From: Octopus sinensis
Lineage: Eukaryota
Reading direction: 5' to 3'
Length of the DNA stretch: 43,256 nt
Assembly: GCF_006345805.1 (NCBI RefSeq)
Contig: NW_021835758.1
Coordinates: 1 to 43,256, forward strand
Shown in pieces: positions 35,508 to 43,256 of the stretch; the first letter of the stretch is position 1, and the number at the start of each line of letters is the position of its first letter. Made by a program: the position numbers and the translations under genes. Below the pieces are notes generated by a model. It was not told the origin of the DNA, made no database searches, and was given only the letters and a program-made list of their open reading frames with translations.

Positions 35508-35848
35508 TGCGCGCGCCCATCTTGCTTCTTTGATGCATAGCTTTGTAAATAACTCCTGTGAAGGGCGTCTTCTTGACAACCGATGGAATCCAAAGAAGTG
35601 AAGTGTCTTTAAGGTTGGTTTACATGTCATTGTTTGATAGACATAACTTCTTTCTTCTGACTGCTGAGCGATGAAAGCAAATCAACTGACACACGGCGAG
35701 AAATCAAATTACATTTCATTTCTCATCCTTGACATAAATCTCCTTCGTGACGAGGCGCTGCGAGAACCATCAAGATTTTACTCTAAAACACATTTTGAAT
35801 TAATCTACTAACATATATTAATCGTCATTATTACATAAGATACGTGAA

Positions 35849-36265
35849 CGGCGAGCTGACGGAAGCGATAAGCGTGTCGAACCGCTTAGAGGTATTTGCG
35901 TCTGTCTTTAGGTTTTGAGTTCAAATTCCGCTGAGGTCAACTTTGCCTTTCATCCTTTCGGGGTTGATAAAATAAATACCTATTTCTTTATTGCCCACAA
36001 GGGGCTAAACACAGAGGGGACAAACAAGGACAGACATAGGTATTAAGTCGATCACATCGACCCCAGTGCGTAACTGGTGCTTAATTTATCGACCTCGAAA
36101 GGATGAAAGGCAAAGTCGACCTCGGCGGAATTTGAACTCACAATGTAACGCAGACGAAATACCGCTAAGTATTTCGCCCGGTGTGCTAAGTTATGTACTG
36201 GGGTCGATGTAATCGACTTGCTCATCCTCCTGAAATTGCCCTCCTTGTGCAGTAAATTGAACCGA
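35849..36265. mobile_element. SINE-A (minus, 35976-36190) nested in an older plus-strand SINE-A
   Basis: The host breaks at aaataaatacc and resumes agttatgtactggggtcg. Confidence 0.85.
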
Positions 36266-36399
36266 GGATGTAACGACGGACGAAATGCCGCGGAGCCTTT
36301 ATTCCGGCGTACAAACAAATCTGTCAACGTGCGGCTTTCTGATAAATACTTATAGTAAAATCATATTTAATGCGCAATTACGCAGAGGCCAACGACATT

Positions 36400-36590
36400 C
36401 TTTCACTTGCAAGACAATGGCCAATGTTAGACTGTGGTCGATGACATTTCTCTGGGGTGCGGCGAATTCCGCTTTCGTCCGAAAACAGATGGTTTTGAAA
36501 AGTAAAATCGCCAGAGATTTCGAAATACTCGTTTCGACTGTCAACAGAATAATGGTCCAAAGTAAAATTAAGAGAAACGGAGAAAACTAA
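36400..36590 (+). pseudogene. Possible pogo/Tigger-type HTH-psq fragment
   Basis: QRHSFTCKT...KSKIARDFEILVSTVNRIM resembles the N-terminal HTH of pogo-family transposases. Confidence 0.45.
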
Positions 36591-37781
36591 AACAAGGAAT
36601 GTGAGAAGATCAAGGTTTGTGAATTTGGAAGAGGAAAATGGCAGATGTATAGCTGGAGTTGGTGGGAAGAGAAGGGTTAAAGAGAAACAAATGAATTTGA
36701 AGTGATTTCAACAGGTTATTAAAGACAGGTTGACGCATGCGTTACACTGATCTTCCTGTCTCCAAACTGTAACAAAGTGAACAGAGGCGAATTACATGTG
36801 CATTGAATGAAAAACGGAAATGAGGTGTGTATGATTTATGAAGGTCGTTAACGTTTCGTGCATAATATGTATGCATGCGTGAGTGTGTGTGTGTGTGTGT
36901 TTGTGTGTGTGTCTGTATGTGAATAAGAGAGAGAGAAAGAGTGAGTGCGTGAGAGAAACGGGTGGGTGGGGGGAGTGGGAGATGGAGTGAGTATAATGAG
37001 AATTTTCGAAAGAATTTCAAATTGTTTTCAAATGCAATATAATTCTCGGTGAAAATGGATCGGAACATTTCTATAGAAATGACATTAAGATTGTGAAGAG
37101 GTTATGTAAAAATGATTTATGGAAAATTAGAGACAAAATGATTATATATATATCGTGTACACTATATTTAGTTTGTCTCAAATAATATTTATATATAATA
37201 TATATATATACATACATATATTCCTACATGTTTATATGTGAGCATGTGTACACGTGCATGCACATATGCATTCGCTCTCATTATGCATATGTGTTTGTTT
37301 ATACATTTTTCTCAACATACAAGTAGCAGTTTATAACTATTCCTCCTCCGACATCAACCTATCAACCTTCTTTAAGCACGATGTTTCGTCAAGCACGTGT
37401 ACTTTGGCATACGTATGTGTGTGTGTATGTGTGCGTGTGTGTGAGTGCGTATCCTACTCATACCAACATACTTACACAAATATGATGTATTTATATATGT
37501 GTATATATATATAAATATAAATATATATATATATTTATATATATATATATACATACAAAAACGCATATGTTTATGTATAAGCATATGTATGCCTGAGCGT
37601 ACAATGACATTCAAAAGTTAGACCTTCATTATAATGTTTCTATTTTGTGTTATTAAGGCAGTAAGCAGGCAGAAACACTGGGACCAATATAATCGACAGG
37701 CCCTCACCCAACAAAATTCCAGGGCTTGTGCCTATATTAAAAAAGATTATCATCATTATTATTATCATTAAGGTGGCAGGC

Positions 37782-38105
37782 TGGCAGAATGGTTAGCACG
37801 CCGGTCGAAACGCTTAGCGGTATTTCGTCTGCCGTTACGTTGTGAGTTCAAATTCTGCCGAGGTCGACTTTACCTTTCATCCTTTCGGGGTCGATAAATT
37901 AAGTACTAGTTACACACTGAGGTCGATATAATCGACTTAATCCGTTTATCTGTCCTTGTTTGTTGTATCTGTGTTTAGACCCTTGTGAGTAGTAAAGAAA
38001 TAGGTATTTCCTCTGTCGTTACGTTCTGAGTTCAAACTCAGCCGAGGTCGACTTTGCCTTTCATCCTTTCGGGGTCGATAAATTAAGCACGAGTGAAACA
38101 TTGGG
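37782..38105 (+). mobile_element. SINE-A head-body-body arrangement
   Basis: Junction gaaataggtat|ttcctctgtcg at about 38000. Confidence 0.85.
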
Positions 38106-38429
38106 GGCCGCTGTAATTAACAAGCGTGCGGATATCTTTCGTCACTAGTTGGCGATTGTCTTATACTGAGGACAGATAACGTCCAGAAACCTTGGCCTTT
38201 GAGTATCACGTAAAGCCAGAAATGGGAGCGATGACCTCCCTTGCAAATGCTATATACGAACACAGATATGTCACCGGTTTCAGTCGTTTTTAAGGTGATT
38301 AATTCATGTTGTAAGACAGAAAATACATTGAAATAAATTAAATTAATTTTTCCTGATATCACTTCTTGGAATTCCCATTTATCTTGCACAATGCATATGC
38401 TACTGTGCATCTCGTATTCTCTAATTGGG

Positions 38430-38730
38430 CTCCTATGTTTTGACTAAGTCTCAATATCTTCTATATTTTAATTAGGCTGTACACCTATACTTTAATTAGG
38501 CTGTGTACCTTATATTTAAATTAGATTGTACACATCCTATATTTTAATTAGGCTGTGCACCTCGTATTTTAATTAGATTGTACATCTATGTTTTGATTAG
38601 GATGTACATTTCTTATAATTTAATTAGACTGTTAACATGTTTTACTTATGCTGTAGACTCCCTATATTTTAATTAGACCGTGCATCTATATTTTAATTAT
38701 ATTGTATACGTCCCATGTTTTAATCACGGC
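38430..38730. repeat. Degenerate ~26-bp minisatellite (ctatattttaattaggctgtacac)
   Basis: About 11 recurrences of a ttttaattag-like motif. Confidence 0.8.
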
Positions 38731-40320
38731 TGATATTCCGCCTAAGCAGCCGTGCAAGATAAGGGCTATTTTTGTTTTTACCGCATGGTTAACAAGGAGG
38801 TAGATTTGTCCTGGGATTCTGAAACTAAAAAGAAGGATGGTTAGAGTTATTTTGTGCTGACCATAACACCGGGGGGGGGGGTAAAAATGAATAAAGATTT
38901 TCAATGACCAGATGGTGGCATTAAACCGAGCGATGGATTAAGTCTTGCCAGGAAAAGAATACTGTAAAAACAAAAAAGTTCCCAAACGTGCTGAGAAAGG
39001 CAAAATTTAGATTTTGAGCGAAAGAGGAGAGATGAGTGAATAGTGAAAGCCTGAGTGGGGACAGTATAAGGGTTGGTTTTGAGAGGAGTGATAGCCACCA
39101 TAGGAATGGTAAGAAAAGTTCAAAAAAGGGGACTTGATCTTTGTGGGCCAGCTGTTAGAACGGTTGGCGCGGAGGAAATGGTTAGAGTGTGATTTCATGT
39201 TAATCCTTCAATTGTCCTCTTTTTGAATGTGACGTAGAAGGTATAAAGGTGTAGCAGCTGCATCATGGCCGGTGTTTGAGCAGTAGTTTAAGGTGAGTTT
39301 TACCCGGATTTTGTGAAGGGTTAATCATTTTGGGGAACAGAGAGTTTTCTGATGAGTTGAGCCAGCTTTTGTTGTGCACTTCTAAGGTGAGGATTCACTG
39401 CGAATTAATTCGGAAATGCTAAAATACATCAATTTATCGTGCATATGTATTCTGAAATATTGTCCTGTCTCGAGTTAAAGACGGTGCACCGATGTGGTCG
39501 CTTTTGTTACTGAAAAAAGAAGCGAAATATCCCTCAAAACTACCCTAACGTCTTACATAAAAGATGGAGACATTGGATAATATAGACATAAAAGTATTAT
39601 GCCTGGAAAAGAAATAAGAAAGGCTGGTCACTGCTGGAACAGCTTTGATCTTCGTAAAACAGTAGAATCCGAGAGAAATAATGATTGTTCCACGTCGGTA
39701 AAGCAAGAAGTTCAGACAGTGGAACGTAATGAAGAAGAGAATTCTAACATTTCAAGCAGAACAATCTGATAAATGGCTTTGTCTGAAAGAGTAGTTTTGT
39801 GGAATTTCTCACAGCATAAAATAGATTCTCCAGTTTGAACCGTTTGATCACGGGTCTGCTCAATCAGAGCTAACCTGGGGTGAAAAGACAACGATTGTCT
39901 CTCAACCTCTCCAAGCAACATACATAGTAGTAAACCATTATTGTTCTTAACAACAAATAAGTTAGGGACAAACATACGTCGGTTAAGAGTCAGTTAAGAA
40001 CCTTCGATTAACCGAGACCAAGCACGCAGTTAGTAAACAAATATGTTATGTGAAGGGGAAAAAAATTAAAATCAAACATGGGAGATAGTTCCAATGCGAT
40101 AAGTTGCTTGAAAGTTTTGAACCATATATATACAATGGAAATTAGAAAGAATTTAGTTTTTAAAGTAAACTCGCAAGTTTACGCTTTATTAGACCTCCTC
40201 AACATGGCCTAACTAACAATGACCAATCTAGAAGGGATATCCTCCACTATGGTCGATGACCGCCGGAAGAAAAGAACGTGCGTCTCTGTATGTGTGTATA
40301 TATACATATATATATTATAT

Positions 40321-40401
<81 letters not shown>

Positions 40402-40535
40402 GTAAGAAAGAGAGGTAGAGAATTTCGATTATCCCACGTGGTGAGGTGTAATACAAATAATATATATAAAATAAAGAAGGAAAATGCACACAGTTTACAT
40501 AGTATTAAAATATTTTAAAATATATTTTATATTGT

Positions 40536-40575
40536 GTTTGTCAACCAGTTTCGCTTTCGCTAATCATTTATAAAC
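40536..40575 (-). ncRNA. Hammerhead, A3-U8 variant, decayed copy
   Basis: ATGATTA-GC-GAAA-GC-GAAA-CTGG-TT-GACAAAC. Confidence 0.55.
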
Positions 40576-40636
40576 TTCTCCACACAGGACATAAATTAAA
40601 ATTCCCTTAAAATATACAAAATTACAACAATTTTAA

Positions 40637-40669
40637 TGTCATGATTAGCGAAGGCGAAACCGGTCGACA
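40637..40669 (+). ncRNA. Minimal hammerhead, A3-U8 core variant
   Basis: TGTC-ATGATTA-GC-GAAG-GC-GAAA-CCGG-TC-GACA; ACCGGT palindrome, GUC site. Confidence 0.75.
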
Positions 40670-40939
40670 AGCCCAATATAAAATATATTAAGAAATATAT
40701 TAAAACTGTGTAATCCGTGTGTATTTTCCTTCTTATATATATATATTGGGTCATGCCATAAATAATGCGATTTTTTTTATACTTCAAAATTAACATAAGC
40801 AAAGTGGCTGTTGAATGTTACTACTAGTTTAAGCCCAGGCAGATTCTCCGCCAGCTGGTTATCGGTGGGACCCTTTATATACAATATATTGCTTGCTGGG
40901 GAGCGAACCTTTTCTGCCATTTAGCAGTTAACAGGATCA

Positions 40940-40984
40940 CGCGACTGACTTAGTTTCGCGTTATTTGGCTCATCCTCAGCCGCG
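40940..40984 (-). ncRNA. Hammerhead-like motif with ambiguous core register
   Basis: CGCGGCTGAGGATGAGCCAAATAACGCGAAACTAAGTCAGTCGCG. Confidence 0.4.
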
Positions 40985-41315
40985 AGCACCTGCACGCGAG
41001 AGCGATAGCCAGAGCCCGCCACCGGCTAACAATATACTGTAAACAAAGTGACCATCGGTCTCTGATTTACAACAAGCAAAATAGCTAGCTGTAAAGTCTC
41101 AAGATAGAGTAATAACTAAACTGTAAAGCCAGTCGCCACATCCAAGTGGCTGTTGAATGTTACGACTAGTTTAACTCCAGGCAGATTCTCCGATTACAAC
41201 TAGCTATATAGCTTGTTGCAAATCAGTGACCAATGGTCACTTTGTTTACAATATATTGTTAGCGTTGGCGTATTCGGGCTATCGCTGTGGTGTGCAGGTG
41301 CACATGGCTAAGAAT

Positions 41316-41540
41316 AACCTATTTCTTTACTACCCACAAGGGGCTAAACACAGAGAGGACAAACAAGGACAGACAAACGGATTAAGTCGATTACATCGAC
41401 CCCAGTGCTTAAATGGTACTTAATTTATCGACCCCGAAAGGATGAAAGGCAAAGTCGACTTCGGCGGAATTTGAACTCAGAACGTAACGGCAGACGAAAT
41501 ACGGCTACGCATTTCGTCCGGCGTGCTAACGATTTTGCCA
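41316..41540 (-). mobile_element. SINE-A inserted in the 342-bp repeat
   Basis: Reverse complement of the SINE-A body and tail; splits the hammerhead-like motif of the inverted unit. Confidence 0.9.
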
Positions 41541-43256
41541 ACGAATCTGAGTCAGTCTCGCGATCCTGTTAGCTGCTAAAGTGTAGCAGGGGTTCGCTCC
41601 CCCTGCTGACAGCATATTGTGTGTAAAGGTTTCTGAGGGTTGCACCGTTTACCAGCTGTCGGAGAATCTGCCTAGGGTTAAGCAAGTAGTAACATTCACC
41701 AGCCACTTTGAAGTGACGACTGACTTTATTGTTTAGCATACGTCACTACTCTATCTCTTCATGAGATTTTACAAGATAAACAAAATTCTTTTTTAATCTA
41801 AAATATACTCTCCTCCAATTTCTACAATGCTCTTCCAACTATCTGGTAGACTTGCCAGGCCCTTCTTCCAAAATTCACTTATCCGTGACGAAATATACTC
41901 CTCCACTACTGTTCTGACCTCGTCTAAAAAATCCATATTTTTTCTATCCAAATGATTTTGAAGACTGCGGAATAAATGAAAACCAGATGGAGCAATGTCC
42001 AGCGAGTATGATGGGTTGGGCATCGCTTCCCATTCCAACTGTTCCAACCTTTGGAAGTCATCCTCATTGTATGTGGCCGAGCATTATCCTGATGGAAGAA
42101 TACCTTTTCTCTTGAAACCTTTTTTGTTTTTCTTATAGCGTTGACTGAAGCCGCTCAAGCTGCTCACGGTAGATCTCCTTTGTTATTATTTGGTTTGGAT
42201 TTAAAAGTTCGAAGTGGACTAAACCTTAAATATCCCATCAAACAGATAACCACACCTTACATGTTTGGAGGCCTTCTTTAGCCCAGGCTGTCGGTGCTTC
42301 TCCTTTCCCTACCCATTGTCATTGGCGCTTGACATTTTTATAGAGAACCCTTTTCTCGTCACCAGTCACTATTCGGTCCAAAAAAGGTTCATTCGTGAGA
42401 GGTGACAGTAAAGAAGACTACACATTCACATTCTGCGCGCGATTAGGCTTAGAAAGTTTGTGAGGAACCCATTGACCCAGTTTGCTCATTTTTCCGATAG
42501 CACACGTCTATGAATAGTTGAATGACCAAATCCAAGATTCTCTGCCAGCTTCTCAACAGTTACGATGGGATATTGTTCTACCAGGTTTCACAGGACGTCC
42601 TCATCGAGCTTTACAGATCTTCCAGGACGAGGCTCTCTTCTATCCTGTAGTTTCCGGCTCGGAATTTCTGGAACCACCGTTGATACTGGCTTACGCTTCT
42701 TGTCTGATCCCCATGTACTGCATTAATATTACTCACACTTTCCGTTGCGTTGTTGCCTTTATTGAGCCCAGAAAGCAAAATATCCCGAATATGCTCCTTC
42801 GTCACTTACATTATAGCTTTGAAAAATACCTGTTAAAGTCAAACTGCACTCTTCAAAACTTGCACTAGGAATAAGGTCAAGGTAAAGTTACTACCTGCTG
42901 TTATAGCAAGTTGATGCAGGTAGTTTTTTTCCCGTCACCGTCCGATTTTTAATTCATGCAATTGAAAAAACCGCATTATTTATGGGATGACTACGATGCT
43001 CACCCTTATTCCATCTCTTTTCTGTCTATCTCCCTCTCTTGGTCTTCTTCCTTTCTGCTTTCTCTCCCACCCTTTCCCTATTCTTCTCCTCCACCCTTCA
43101 CCTTCCTTCTCTCTCTCTCTCTTTCTCACTCTTCCTCCTTGACTCTCTCGTTTCTCACGCGTGACGAACGGCCATTCTTTCTTTCGTCCAATCCCTTCCT
43201 AAAGACAAGACATGCTTTTATCTGTCTCTTCTCAAAGCTCTTTTTATTCAAGCGTT

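Larger units (their letters stand above)
40477..40731. mobile_element. Inverted pair of pLTR-like segments, each with a hammerhead
   Basis: Arms of about 90 bp (40477-40567 / 40641-40731), diverged but alignable by eye. Confidence 0.75.
40800..41775. mobile_element. 342-bp-unit repeat: 1.1 tandem units plus an inverted unit, with a hammerhead-like motif
   Basis: aagtggctgttgaatgttac at 40802 and 41144; reverse-complement copies at 41192-41315 and 41541-41775. Confidence 0.8.
40746..42995 (-). mobile_element. Mariner element (~1.3 kb net) interrupted by a ~1-kb insertion
   Basis: TIRs ttgggtcatgccataaataatgcg (40746, after TA) and cgcattatttatgggatgac (42972); ORF pieces MTKEHIRDILL...RWFQKFRAG, FHQDNARPH, YSLDIAPSGFHLFRSLQNHL, GGEYILD*. 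Confidence 0.9.

Noticed and set aside
38900-39410. Possible decayed retroelement ORF (minus)
   Set aside because: No diagnostic RT or endonuclease motif recognised.

Overview
Eukaryotic, AT-rich, gene-poor DNA; no host exon can be supported. The repeat families are most consistent with an octopus (cephalopod) genome; this is recalled family resemblance, not a database match. The window is a mosaic of long (TA)n/(CA)n/(TATG)n/(ATT)n microsatellites, which explain most long ORFs in the ORF track, and decayed mobile elements: tRNA-derived SINEs (here called SINE-A to SINE-D), three CR1-clade LINE families, Tc1, mariner and DD40D transposase remnants, piggyBac/hAT MITEs and a Helitron-like element. 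The most notable signal is about a dozen type I hammerhead-ribozyme-like motifs in short non-coding Penelope-pLTR/retrozyme-like repeats. Between them, the core 3-8 pair takes all four Watson-Crick forms: C3-G8 (2926, 5370, 26467), U3-A8 (20378, minus), G3-C8 (32387) and A3-U8 (40641 and 40567). Most have a palindromic stem III, as in dimer-cleaving minimal hammerheads. Other highlights: a fold-back CR1 insertion that copied target DNA (12996-13257), a CR1/SINE pair with a shared 3' tail, and a GGTAT target preference of SINE-A. All structures were read by eye; none was computed or searched.
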